Assembly (NCBI GenBank): GCA_951406725.2
Contig: OX597831.1
Span: forward strand, 1,674,001 to 1,738,000
Direction: 5' to 3'
Length of the DNA stretch: 64,000 nucleotides
Source: Octopus vulgaris
Taxonomy: Eukaryota
Position 1 is the stretch's first letter. Every line of letters begins with the position of its first letter. Of the stretch, positions 23,355 to 36,282 are shown one piece after another. The notes beneath the pieces were generated by a model. It had not been told where the DNA came from. It did no database searches and saw only the letters and a list, made by a program, of their open reading frames with translations. The translations under genes were made by a program, and so were the position numbers.

Positions 23355-24272
23355 GTGAGTGGACAAACAAAAGGAAAAGGAACTCAATACATTTAGTAGG
23401 AGTTACATGCATTTCAGGCTTTGGATTGCTGAATTGGCAATCCAATGCTTGAAAGAGACAAGCTCCTGTTAGGGGCTTGTGAAACTTTAAGTTTCATTGA
23501 ATCAAATCAAAATGTTTTAGATAATGTATATAGATAGATAGATAATGTATTGTTCTATGTAAATAAGATCAATAAAAAAAATGTACTCCATCTGGAGAGA
23601 GTTAAATATTATTTAATAGACACAATACATTTTATTATGTGCTACTAGTAGTTTCTTGTACTGAGAACATGCCGAATAATGAATTACAATATGACTGTGC
23701 AGAGATCTTAAGCATGTTCTCAGCACAAGAAGCTATTAGTAGCACATAACGTATTATATCTCTCAAATAATATATATATATATTCTTTTAAGGAATAGTG
23801 CATCTCAAAGCAAATAAAATTATAAATAATCCTTTCATATTTTGGCACAAGACTTGCAATTTTGAGGGATGGGGAAGTGCTTGACTTGTACTCATTTTAT
23901 TGACCCTGGAAGGATGAAAGGCAAAGTCAACTTTGGCAGAACTCCAAATGTAATGACAGATGAAATGATGCTAAGCATTTTGCTTGGCATGTCAATGATT
24001 CTGCCAGCTTGGTGCCTTAATAAAGCTGTAAAAAATAGCATATAAATAGTGAATTAAAACCCTTTTGTATAAAAGAAGTCAAAGGCTGCTTGCCAACAAT
24101 ATATAAATGTATAATATGCCAGTGTCACATTAAAAGCACCCAGCACACACTAAAGTGGTTGGCATTGGGAAGAGCATCCAGCTGTAAAAAAGAAGCCAAA
24201 TTAGGCTGGAAGTTGGTGCAGCTCTCTGGCTTGCCAGCTCTGTCCAACCCATGCCAACATGGAAAATAGACA

Positions 24273-24646
24273 TTACTTCTTTCAGTCATTTGACTGTGAC
24301 CATGCTGGAGCACCGCCTTTAGTTGATCAAATCAACCCCAAGACATATTCTTTGTAAGCCTAGTACTTATTCTATCGGTCTCCTTTGCCGAACCGCTAAG
24401 TAACAGGGACATAAACACACCAGCATCGAATGTCAAGCGATGTTAGGGGACAAACACATACACACACATATATATACATATACACATATACGATGAGCTT
24501 CTTTCAGTGTCCATCTACCAAATCCACTCACAAGGCTTTGGTCAGCCTGAGGCTAGAGTAGAAGACACTTTGCCTGAGGTGCCATGCAGTGGGACTGAAC
24601 CCGGAACCGTGTGGTTGGTAAGCAAGCTACTTACCACACAGCCACT

Positions 24647-24649
<3 letters not shown>
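24273..24649 (-). mobile_element. SINE family A
   Basis: Colinear with 25836-26255. Confidence 0.85.
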
Positions 24650-24687
<38 letters not shown>

Positions 24688-24691
<4 letters not shown>

Positions 24692-25072
24692 TCATCATCA
24701 TCATCATCGTTTAACGTCCGTTCTCCATGCTAGCATGGGTTGGACGGTTCGACCGGGCATCTGGGAAGCCAGAAGGCTGCACCAGGCTCCGGTCTTATCT
24801 GGCAATGTTTCTACAGCTGGATGCCCTTCCTAATGCCAACCACTCCATGAGTGTAGTGGGTGCTTTTTACGTGCCACCTGCACTGGTGCCAGGCGAGGCT
24901 GGCATTGGCCATGGTAGTAGGATTGGTGCATTTTATGTGCCACCTGCACGGAAGCCAGTCGAGGCGGCACTGGCTTCGGCCATGATTCAGATGGTGCTTT
25001 TTACGTGCCACTGACACGGAAGCCAGTCGAGGCGGCGCTGGCATCGGCCACGATTCGGATAGTACTTTTTAC
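24688..25072 (-). mobile_element. SINE family C with four internal subrepeats
   Basis: (CAT)n CGTTTAACGTCCG tail; GGTGCTTTTTACGTGCCAC unit repeated about every 55-70 bp. Confidence 0.85.
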
Positions 25073-25079
25073 ATTTTAT

Positions 25080-25115
<36 letters not shown>

Positions 25116-25260
25116 TTTGTGCACACATTGTATATATGTATATACATACAGATATGTTATATTGAAAATCTGATAGTATTCCAGTTAATCTATGGTCTAC
25201 TCTGGAATGATATACATTCCTAAGACCATCAGCATTTTTCGACCTTCTCCATCTATATAT

Positions 25261-25350
25261 CCTTTCCTTCCTTCCTTCCTTCCTTCCTTCCTTCCTTCCT
25301 TCCTTCCTTCCTTCCTTCCTTCCTTCCTTCCTTCCTTCCTTCCTTCCTTC
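25261..25350. repeat. (TTCC)n microsatellite
   Basis: Directly visible. Confidence 0.95.
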
Positions 25351-25835
25351 ATCATTTCTCCACCCCCATTCACTTATTCTCTTTCGTTCACTATTTCCCC
25401 CCTCCTCCTTTTTGTACACCATTCCAATTTTCACAAAGACTTCCATAATCTTCCACATTTTTTGTTGGTTCTACTACTACTACTACTACTACTAAAGAAA
25501 GGGCTAGAATGTTCCTTCCACTCGCTAAAATATCATCAGAAATAAAATGGCAGTGATATTGGTGCTGGTATTGTTTAAAATGCTGTCATTATAATTCACC
25601 TATGTACCAAAATTATTTCCTGTTAGGAAATGTCTCCTCGGAAAAGCTTGCATCTTATGAATTTCGTGTCTGGCATTTCCGTTGTAACTTCCCCTCCCAT
25701 CTCATACACCTCTCCTCTTCCTTTCTCTCCCTCATCTTTATTTTAAGTGTGCTTATATTTGTTGTTGTTGTTGGTGGTGGTGGTCATTGGTGAGGAAGTT
25801 TCAATGCCAACAGATTATTGGTTCTGGCTTTACTA

Positions 25836-26047
25836 TACTCTTTACTCTTTTACTTGTTTCAGTCATTTGACTGTGGCCATGCTGGAGCACCGCCTTTTAG
25901 TCGAGCAAATCGACCCCGGGACTTATTCTTTTGTAAGCCCAGTACTTATTCTATCGGTCTCTTTTGCCGAACCGCTAAGTGACGGGGACGTAAACACACC
26001 AGCATCGGTTGTCAAGCAATGCTAGGGGGACAAACACAGACACACAA

Positions 26048-26084
<37 letters not shown>

Positions 26085-26255
26085 CATATATACGACAGGC
26101 TTCTTTCAGTTTCCGTCTACCAAATCCACTCACAAGGCATTGGTCGGCCCGGGGCTATAGCAGAAGACACTTGCCCAAGATGCCACGCAGTGGGACTAAA
26201 CCCGGAACCATGTTGTTGGTTAGCAAGCTACTTACCACACAGCCACTCCTGCGCC
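25836..26255 (-). mobile_element. SINE family A, young, full length (tRNA-derived head, CORE-like segment, internal (TA)n(GT)n, (GAGTAAAA)n tail)
   Basis: Sense: GGCGCAGGAGTGGCTGTGTGG (A box) ... GGTTTAGTCCC (B-box position) ... CTTGGGCAAGTGTCTT (CORE-like); near-identical to 39813-40220. Confidence 0.9.
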
Positions 26256-26487
26256 TATAGATCATGTTCTATGCTCTTTAAATTTTTTTTTACTGGTTTC
26301 AGTCATTGAACCAGGGTCATACTGGGGCACCACCTTCATGGATTTTAGTTGATCATAACAAAACCATTATGTACTTCATTCAGTCTCGTGTTTATTTCAT
26401 TGATCTCTATTTGTTAAACCACTAAGGACACAACTTACTAAACAACAGCAATTTTTAGACCAGTGTAATCATAGAGATAAAGAGACA

Positions 26488-26710
26488 CATACACACACTC
26501 TGACACATGCCCACACACACACATACACATGTGCATGCATACACACACACATACACATGTGCATGTGCACACACACACACTCTGACACATGCCCACACAC
26601 ACGCATACACATGTGCATGCATACACACACACACACTCTGACACATGCCCACACATACACATGTGCATGCGTACACACACACACACACACACAGATGCAC
26701 TCGCACACAT
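26488..26710. repeat. Higher-order CA-rich minisatellite
   Basis: CACTCTGACACATGCCCACACA...CATACACATGTGCATGC occurs three times. Confidence 0.8.
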
Positions 26711-27344
26711 GCACATTTTATATTGGTTCATTGTAATGTTCACTTTTCCATGCTTGCATTGGTCTGACAGAATTTGTCGAGTCAAATTTCTTTGCATCCA
26801 GATGCCCTTCCTGTTGCCAACACTCACCTCTTTCCAACAAGGTAATATTTCTTCATGTCCAGATCCTTTTTCAAGGAAGATTGAAATGAGGGGCATCGTT
26901 CAAATGATAGCAGCACTCATTGGCAACTGCCATGCTACATCAAGATAAAGACAAATACACACACACACACACACACGTATCTTTTACTTGCTTCAGTCAT
27001 TGGACTGTGGTTATGCTGGGGCTTTACTTGGAAGGGTTTTATCAAACAAATTGACCCCAGGACTTATTTTTAAGCTTGGCAGTGATTCTATTTGTCTCTT
27101 TTACTGAGTTTTTAGATTATCAATTGGTAAACGAACCACACTGGCTCTCAAGGAGTGGTTGAAGGTAAACACACATACATGTGTGTTTGTGATGAACTTA
27201 TTTGAGTTTTGTTTGGCCCTAGGCCACAGTAGAAGACACTCTGTCAAGGTGTCAGATAGTGGGACTGAACCTACAACCATGTGGTTAGGAAGTGAACTTC
27301 ATAACCACACAGCTATCTCTGCACCTATAAATATGAATGCATTA

Positions 27345-27760
27345 TATTGTTGGCATCCTTTTGTCTCAGGAGACAATGGAGTTGCGCATAAACTAATCCA
27401 GTCTGGTTTTTACATTTCATGTCCTCTCCATTTCCCTCCCCAGTTTTGCGCAGGCCTCGGCTAGATGTAAGAAAATCCTGGGTAGCCCAGTCGTCAAGAT
27501 TCCTCTCTTGACCTTGCTGATGTAGTCCAAAGGAGTGCAGAGTATTATGTTTGGCACCAGCTTTGTTGCAGGAGCTGCTGGAAAAGTGTCAAGTCGAACA
27601 CTAAACCACCTACAGGGCTCCACTCCAGATTTCTTTGAAGGTTGTCTTTTTTCCGTAACCCTGGATAGGGGCCCATACCGGGTACTGTCAGCCAGAGCCA
27701 GCTGAACCCAGGAGTCGTGTCAGGCAGGGTCATCACTCCCTGAAGTAGCGAAGAAAATCA
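27345..27760 (+). mobile_element. RTE LINE piece: ~80-bp inverted 3' end fused to a probable RTE 5'UTR
   Basis: 27345-27425 is the reverse complement of 6091-6172. The downstream GC-richer sequence (GTAGTCCAAAGG, TTTGGCACCAGC, CTCCACTCCAGATTT) resembles RTE 5'UTRs from memory. Confidence 0.6.
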
Positions 27761-27932
27761 CTACCCACTACCTATAAATGCATTATATAAACACACTAGA
27801 ACAGACATTTCTATTTTATCATCTCCTGTGAATTTGTCTCAAAAAGCTTATTATTTTAATGCCTACCCACCTCCGTCATCCTTTGGTTCTTTCATTAAAA
27901 ACCACCCTAAATTATAATTTTATGTAAAGAAT

Positions 27933-28260
27933 ATCATCATCATCATCATCGTTTAACGTCCGTTTTCCATGCTAGCATGGGTTGGACGGTTTGACCGGGG
28001 TCTGGGAAGCCAGAAGGCTGCACCAGGCTCCAGTATGATCTGGCAGTGTTTCTGCAGCTGGATGCACTTCCTAACGCCAACCACTTCGTGAGTGTAGTGG
28101 GTGTTTTTTACATGCCACCGACACAGGGGCCAGAGTAGGCTGGCAAATGGCCACGATTGGTTGCTGCTCTTATGTGTCACCGACATGGACGCCAGTCAGG
28201 CGGCGCTGGCATCTGCCACATTCGGACGATGCTTTTTACGTGTCACCGGCACGGGTATCT
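27933..28260 (-). mobile_element. SINE family C
   Basis: Same tail and body as 24688-25072. Confidence 0.85.
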
Positions 28261-28583
28261 ACTTTTGCTATATTCCAAAAATTGATTTACGCTACTAATA
28301 TAAGTGTAATGTTAGTGGCAGTCTGTCTCCTTTTTTCCTCCTACTCCTGTGTTTGTCTCATTCCCACTACCATGCACAACTAAAATAATTATCTGCTATA
28401 TTTTCACTAGCTTTGTATTTTGTTAAAACACTAACAGGTCATTTAGTTTGTTGAATATAAAGAAGAAATGTACATATGTTTAATTGTCTATCTATAAATT
28501 ATATAAATACACACACACATATAATTGTATGTATATTTCATTATTTATTAAACAATAAAAATAATTTTATTTAATTAATTCTT

Positions 28584-28813
28584 TTAGCCCTTTTGTTACC
28601 ATATTTCTATTGAAATCCACTGACTTTGTTTCAATTAGTTTTGAAAACAGATAAAGAATTCAGTAAAATAACGTTGTCATTATTTAGCTAATGTTTGAAA
28701 TGTGAATTAACTTGGAATTTTGATGGAACGGTTTAATTTAGATTACTTTAAAATAGCAATTTCTGTCTTAGAACCAGGGATAATCTCAAGTGGGTTGGTA
28801 TCAAAAGTGTTGA
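28584..28813 (+). mobile_element. MITE family 1, full length
   Basis: CCCTTTTGTTACCATATTTC...GGGTTGGTATCAAAAG. Confidence 0.75.
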
Positions 28814-28974
28814 ATGCAGTTGCTGCAAATAATCAGTTATAAATCATAGCCACGGGTTTTACCCCCAGGTACTCACTAGTATATAAATAAATGTTGAAAT
28901 AACTAGAGACCTTTTTGGAAATCCCTTAATCGGCTAAAAATAGTAATCAAAGCTTTTTAAAATTACAACTTATT

Positions 28975-29310
28975 AATTCCTTTGACTCCATGGGAAGTAT
29001 AGATCATCAACAAGAGGTTTCTCTCTGTCTTGATCTTTGACAACTGATTACCGTTGTCCACAGCTGTAGCTACCTGCCAGTGCTTCAGTTTTTGGTCTGC
29101 CACACTTCCATTTCCATTGGGGTGTACATCAGCGGGCTTGCCTTGTAATGTTGGAAACAGATTTCCATAGGGTGTCTTGCAACCAAGTCCATTTCTACTC
29201 TTGATCTGGATTTCAGTAGGTTCTTTGTGAGTCTCTCTTGCCATTTCAATCGAAGGATGTTCTGAACACATCTATTCACAAATGTTTGGAGTAGATTGAT
29301 GGAGAACTTT
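28975..29310 (-). mobile_element. RTE-like LINE ORF C-terminal remnant
   Basis: Frameshifted QTFVNRCVQNILRLKWQE...PTEIQIKSR..., as in RTE C-termini (FxNRCLRxILxIxW). Confidence 0.65.
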
Positions 29311-30260
29311 GCATTATCTCATAGCTTTGAGGTTTTGATGAGGTGATTGTTTATTTTTACAAAGACATTATAGTGTAAGTGTGAGAGGCTAGATCTGGCT
29401 GGTTTGAACATTAAACAGGTAAAAAATTTGGGCTGATCTGACCAATTTAAATGTTAAAGAGTTAAAGGTTGTTTGGGTTTGCTGTCAAGGTAAAAAAAAA
29501 TGTCTTACCATCTTAAATAAAGAAGGATGCATTGTACAATATAGCCTCTTATATACAAATCAAATAATCACTTCTTTCATCATAGGTCTACTCTGTCAGG
29601 GTTGACCTAGGGCTAAACAAGTTGTTATTGACAAAATTAGTTAATAATAAATTAGTTATTTCACAAAAATCTCTCCAAATTCTTGATTATTTACAATATT
29701 AACTGAAACTTATTTTGCATATTCATTAAGCAATATTATGGAAGAATTAAGCTAGCGAAACAGACATGTATCAGCTGGAATAAAAGCACTGGGAAAAAAA
29801 TAAATAACAAAAAATAAATAAACCCTACAAAATGTTCCCCAAGTTTGCTTATGTCAACAGCTGAACTATTTATCAAAATCCTTAGTGTGCAATTTTTACT
29901 GATTTTTTTATTTTTTTTATTTTTTAATATTTAAATTTGATGTTATTTTATTGGCTTACTTCTTCAATACATGCAACAGGTTTTTTTTCACTCGCTGATT
30001 ACTCTGCCAACATTTATTGCAAAAAATTTATATTTGAAAACCACTTGGGTACCTCCCATCACTGTGTATTGATTCTTTGTCTACTTATATCTCACTCACT
30101 CACTCACACACATAAACAGACAAATGTATAAAAGAGCAAACACACAGTCAGACATTGTTCATAGCCTATCTTCACATACGCAGGCATCATACCCCTGCGC
30201 TTAAAACTGAAGCATGGGTGCAAATTCAACTTGTGAACTCATTGCATGTAGCTATTGTCA

Positions 30261-30780
30261 TCTATGCCTATAAAAGGCAGGATGTGTGTGTATGTACGTG
30301 AATGTACTTTATGCATGTCCACAAATTAGTATGCATGTCGCTCCAATTTTAGGAGGACATTGGTCATGACCATGGCTGTGCTTTTGTCAGCTTATTTTTC
30401 CCGAGGCACCCCCGGATAGCAGTAAAAATAGCTTTCCAACCATAACTTTTACCATTTTCACGTCGGTGAAATCCGTAAGTTTGCTAACATGAGTTAAGTC
30501 CCCTGTCTTATAGATTAATTCACCCCACTACATTGCCTCAAAAAAAAAAAAAAATTTGGACTACCTAAGCAATCTCAGTGTAGGAAAAGAGAAAGAGCTG
30601 AAGAGACTATCAACAGACCCATTAGTAAAATATAACTTTTTGGGCCGAAACCTGGCAATAAGAGCTTATGGATATTCTGCTACAAAACATTCAATAATAT
30701 CAAAGCATAACTTTCATAAATCAGGGTATCATTTTTGAAGACTGTTTCTGAACCCAGTCAACGACGGGTATTTCTGCTAG
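30261..30780 (+). mobile_element. Non-autonomous Helitron (~520 bp)
   Basis: A|TCTATGCCTATAAAA..GTGTGTGT 5' end; CCCAGTCAACGACGGG hairpin then CTAG|T at 30777-30781. Confidence 0.7.
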
Positions 30781-31166
30781 TATGTCATAAGACATAGTAT
30801 TACCCACTGGTTGCACACACTCACACACAGATTCACACACTCATATACATACATGTACAAAATGAATGAAACAAAATTAAAGAAAAATTAATACATATAT
30901 GCATAGTTTTCTTTGTCATTTGTACTCTGTGTTGGACCTATTAATATAAATATCTATACATTTATACTTAAAAAAAATTCCCCATCTGAAAGTCTCCACC
31001 TTTTCTTTTCTCTCATTTTGCATGTATACAAATATACATATTTTGTATTTCATAAGCCAGACTATTATATTTGATATATTTAATCTGTCTAAATTGTTTA
31101 TCTGCATAATTGCCTCCATATATGCATACATATACACACCTACATGCATACAGAAACGCCTATATG

Positions 31167-31206
<40 letters not shown>

Positions 31207-31889
31207 AGATATATAATCATTTGCTGTCAACTTTTCCATCTGGCATGGGTTGAACAAGTCTCACAGTACCGTACCACCTGTCGCAATCCTCACAGTCCTT
31301 CATTATCTGGTTCACAGCAACAGCAGTAGCAGTGTCAGCTGCAGCAACAGCAGAGAAAGCAACCAGTCTTTATGTTTGTTTTTAACGTTTTTAATGGCTG
31401 GATGACATTCCTGTTATCTGTTATTAACCCTTTTACAAGCACAGATTCGATGTGCATTGTGTAATGCTATCAACACCAGAGACATTGAAAAAGTTCACTC
31501 AAGCTTCTATCGGTTTTTATTCACAGTTATTTTTCTTGGTACTTATATAAGTAATTAGTAGTAGAGAATGTCAGGCAGACACAGAGGATGTGTGACCAGG
31601 GCAGCCGCCAGATGCTGGAACATATGGCATTCTGGATTTGACGAAGGCGGGAAGGTAAGACAGGGCTTAGTCAACATGCTAGTTAACCCACAGCTGGGAC
31701 CCCATTAGGTGCCGCTACTACAGGTCAGAGTAGACTTGGGAACACTAATGGTTAAGCAGTGGTTTCACATTCCTCAAAACCTTGGAATTTCCATACCAAG
31801 GTCCCATTACTGGATGCAGTTTAGTCATGTCTGAGACTCAGTAGTAGAGAAAGAAAAATATATTACATATAGGCATGGGTGTGGTTATA

Positions 31890-32048
31890 GGTGTGGGAAT
31901 GGCTGTGTCGTAAGGAGCTTGCTTCTCTACCAGATGGTTCTGAGTTCAGTCCCACTGTGTGGCACTTTGGGCAAGCATCTTCTACTACATCCTCGTGCCC
32001 ACCAAAGCCTTGTGGGTGGATTTGGTAGACAGAAACTGAAAGAAGCCT

Positions 32049-32090
<42 letters not shown>

Positions 32091-32390
32091 AAACAAGTCA
32101 AGATAGAAAATGCTAAAATAATTTTATAAAGAACATTTCAGTACCGGTTTCAGTCATTTTGAGACCTTTTCAACTGTAACGATTAAATAATTAAATTTAG
32201 AAAAATTAAAAGAAAAGTTTTTTAAAAAGAATATTTGTATAGTGTTCAAATACAAGGGGCATTTTCCTTGTTTCTGCCTTTCTCTGTCTCTCTTGTTTAC
32301 TCTTGTGAGTTCGAGACACACACATCTACGTGTGTGTGTCTTTGTGTCTGTGTTTGTCTCTCATCACTACTTGATAACTAGTATTGTATA
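31890..32390 (+). mobile_element. SINE family A interrupted at its internal (TA)n
   Basis: Head 31890-32050; body resumes GTGTGTCTTTGTGTCTGTGTTTGTC at ~32330. Confidence 0.7.
32086..32330 (-). mobile_element. Penelope-like fragment with variant hammerhead (32139-32176)
   Basis: Minus strand cag-TTGAAAA-ggtc(tcaaaat)gact-GAAA-ccgg-TA-ctg. Confidence 0.55.
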
Positions 32391-32612
32391 TAAGTTTTTA
32401 TATCTGTTTTATCTCTCACTTGTTTCAGTCATTAGACTTCAACCATACTGGAGCACCACCTTGAAGAACATTTAGTCGAATGAATCAACCCCAGTGCTTT
32501 TTTTTTCTCTTCTTTTTTAAAGCCTGGAACTTATTCTATCAGTCTCTTTTGCCTAAGTTACAGGGACATAAACATAGCAAGACAAGTTGTCAAGCAGTGT
32601 TGGGGGTCATCC

Positions 32613-32679
<67 letters not shown>

Positions 32680-33230
32680 TGATGGGCTTCTTTCAGTTTC
32701 TGACTTCGGTTGGCCCAAGGCTATACTTAGACACTTACCCAAGGTACTATGCTGTGGGACTGAACCCGGGACTACGTGGTTGGGAAGCAAACTTTATATT
32801 GTAATGTTTGACTGAGTCAAAAAAACACAAAACAACACAGAATTTAGAGGTTGGTCAGTAATCAGACAGTTTATAGTTAGAGCCCAGTGATGCTTTGTGC
32901 ACACAATCTTTACATTCTTCTGCTTGTTTCAGATGTTAGATTGGAGCCATGCTGGGATACTGTCTGGAAGGGTTTACTTGAACAAATCAACTCCAGTACT
33001 TATTTTGAGGCCAGTTCTTCTTCTGTCTGTTTTTGCCAAACCACCAGGTTGCAGGAATATAAACAAAGCAACACTTGTCAAGTGGTGGTCATGGTGGGGG
33101 AAGCATTCACATGAAGAGCTTTCATGCAGTTTCTATCTATCAAACTCATTCACAAGACATTGGTGTGGCCTAGGACTATAATAGAAGACACTTGCCCAAG
33201 AAGGCACACTGTAACACCTTGTTGTGCGTG

Positions 33231-33274
33231 CATCTATCTATCTATTTATCTATCTATCTATCTGTTTATCTCTA

Positions 33275-33307
<33 letters not shown>

Positions 33308-33500
33308 CTATATCTATCTATATCCATATCTATCTATCTATCTATATCTATATCTATCTATCTCTATATCTATCTACAGCTATCTCTATATCTATCTATC
33401 TATCTATCTATCTATCTGTTTATCTATCTCTATATCTATCTATCTATCTATCTATCTATTTGTTTATCTATCTCTATATCTATCTATCTATCTGTCTCTA

Positions 33501-33543
<43 letters not shown>

Positions 33544-33556
33544 ATCTATCTGTCTA
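33231..33556. repeat. Long imperfect (TCTA)n/GATA microsatellite
   Basis: Directly visible, ~325 bp. Confidence 0.95.
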
Positions 33557-34267
33557 CCCACTTATGTGTATGTTCAATGAACTAGTAATATTACGAATAG
33601 CTACTATCAAATAATTGGATTAAAATATAAAATCATTGAGAATAAATATTCATCAAAATGATTCATGACAAACTGCAGCCTATTTCAATATACTGATCTC
33701 ATATTGTGATGAGACATGCAGCACTTTGTCACAAATCATTAATATATATATATGTATATGTTTGTGTGTGTGTGCAATCTCAAGGAGATCATTGGCACAC
33801 AGTAACAGATACGACCTCTTGCACATCCTCAGTGAACATCATGTTTTCATCATCATCTTCTGCCACTCCTTTATGTTGCTCATTGTTGGTCTCTCTTTAC
33901 AATCTTTTTATAACTTCTTTCACTAAGAATTTGTCCATGCATGGCTATACTCACTAGAAGCAGGATGTCATGGTGCTGTGTTACATGCCCAAGCCACTTC
34001 GTTGTTCTGCCTTTTGACAAGTGATAGAGGAAAGTTTCATGATTTGAAATTTTCTCAAAAATTACTTCTCCAACAATTTTGATAGTTAATCTTCTGTTCC
34101 TTCACACACACACACATATACACACCATCACTGTCATCATTTAGCGTCTGCTTTCTCCATGTTTGCTTGGGATGGACAGAATTTGTTGAGGCAGATTTTC
34201 TACAACTTGATGCCCTTTGTGTCTCACACACACACACACATATATATATATACACACATATATATAG

Positions 34268-34314
<47 letters not shown>

Positions 34315-34324
34315 TATATATATA

Positions 34325-34634
34325 TCATCATCATCATCGTTTAGCGTCCGCTTTCCATGCTAGCATGGGTTGGACGGTTCAACTGGGGTCTGTGAAGCCA
34401 GAAGGCTGCATCAGGCCCAGTCTGATCTGGCAGTGTTTCTACAGCTGGATGCCCTTCCTAACACCAACCACTCCGTGAGTGTAGTGGGTGCTTTTTACGT
34501 GCCACCCGCACAGGTGCCAGATGGAGCTGGCAAACGGCCACGGACGGATGGTGCTTTTTACGTGCCACCGGCACGGGGGCCAGGCGAGGCTGGCAACGGC
34601 CACGATCGGATGGTGCTTTTTACGTGCCACCGGC
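34325..34634 (-). mobile_element. SINE family C, young
   Basis: Nearly identical to 45105-45357. Confidence 0.85.
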
Positions 34635-35031
34635 ATATATATATATATATATATATACGTATACAAGCACCCAGCAGACATTGTAAAGTGGTTGGTGTTA
34701 AGAAGGGCATCCAGCTGTAGAAACCATGCTAAATCAGACGGAAACTGTCTGACCCATGCCAGCATGGAAAACAGACTTTAAAGAATGATGATGATTATGC
34801 ATTTGTTCCTCTCTAATATGTTGTGTAAGTCTAAATGTGTCATAATCTAACCTGATACTTGCTGACTGCTCATTTATGATTTTATTCTGTTACATACATA
34901 CTTGCTTACAAGTAAACACAAAGACATTGAAATAAAATTCATTCACGCATACATTCTCAGTAAGATCCTATTAACACACAAACAAAGCGGAAAATATAAA
35001 AAGAGCAAAAAATGTCAGGTTTACTGAAGTT

Positions 35032-35870
35032 TATCCATCCCATCCCAGCCGTCTTCTCCGCCTACTATTCCTCGGAGGGTGGTAGGGGCAGTCCTCAGGC
35101 ACCTCGTGATTAAGATCCCATCAGGAGCAACCATCATTGCACTTTCTGGCTGGATTCCCAAGCATGGCCAACTGTGTCTATCTTTTACTTGTTTCAGTCA
35201 TTAGACACTATGGCCATGCTAGGGCACCACCTTGAAGAATTTTAGTTGGACTTATCGACCCCAGTGCTTATTTTTCTTAAGCTTAGTACTTATTCTATCA
35301 GTTTCTATTGACGAATTGCTAAATTACAAGGATGTAAACACACAAACACTGGTTGTTAAGCAATGGTGAGGGACAGACACACTCACACACAATGAGTGTC
35401 TTTCAGTTTCCATCTACCAAATCCATTCGCAAGGCTTTGGTCCACCCAAGGTTATAGTAGAAGACACTTTCCCAAGGTGCCACTCTGTAGGACTGAACCT
35501 GGAACCACATGGTTGGAAAGCAAGCTTCTTACCACACAGCCACACCTGCACCTGTGCCTATCCAACCATTTTATTCTTAGTTTACCCACTGGGTCTCCTA
35601 CCTGTTGGCTCAGCTTAAAGAATCCATCTTGTGATACTTTCCTGTGATTTTCTAATCTTATATCCATAGTACTGGAGCTATGACTCCCAATGTGGAGAAA
35701 TGGAAGTTCATCCTGGAACGACTCCCTGATCTCCAAGTTACACACTCTGTCAAGTAAGGTTTCTCCAGAGATCCTTAAGAGGAACTTCATTTCATTCTCT
35801 TGTTTTTGATGTTGTACATTTTTTGGTCATTACTCAACATCCGTGACCGCAGGTGAGGACAGGTACTAAA
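35032..35870 (-). mobile_element. RTE (Rex3/Expander-like) LINE 3' remnant split by a SINE A (~35180-35560, minus)
   Basis: EMKFLLRISGETLLDRVCNLEIRES..., then SWPCLGIQPE..., with a (GGAT)n tail. Confidence 0.7.
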
Positions 35871-35955
35871 ACCTAATTGAAGACAGTGAGTTTGGCTGTT
35901 TTCTTTTGCCAAAATCTCCTCTTTTGAAGTTTGTGCTGTTTACAATTTCTTCTAA

Positions 35956-36282
35956 ATATTGTTATATTTCAGGATGGTAATTTTTTTTTCTTTTACTTGC
36001 CAAATAAACACATGTGCTATATATTTGTTCTCCACTCATTCATTATTGTTCTTAATTTATCTTCTGTCCATTGTCTGAAAGACAGAATGGACTAAACAGA
36101 ACAGGAGAATATACAAGGATGGAAAAATCGCTGAAGAGGTTACAGATGTGTGACGAAAGATTTCCAGACAATGGACACAGGATAAAATAAGAACAATAAA
36201 AATCAAGTGAAAAACGAATATATAGTGTGTGTATTTATCTGGGATGAAAAAAAAAATGACCGTCCCAAAATATAAATAATAT
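35956..36282 (+). mobile_element. Penelope-like element with inverted partial copy; hammerhead at 36127-36169
   Basis: 35956-36080 is an inverted copy of ~36160-36282; motif CTGAAGA-g-gttaca(gatg)tgtgac-GAAA-gatttc. Confidence 0.7.
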
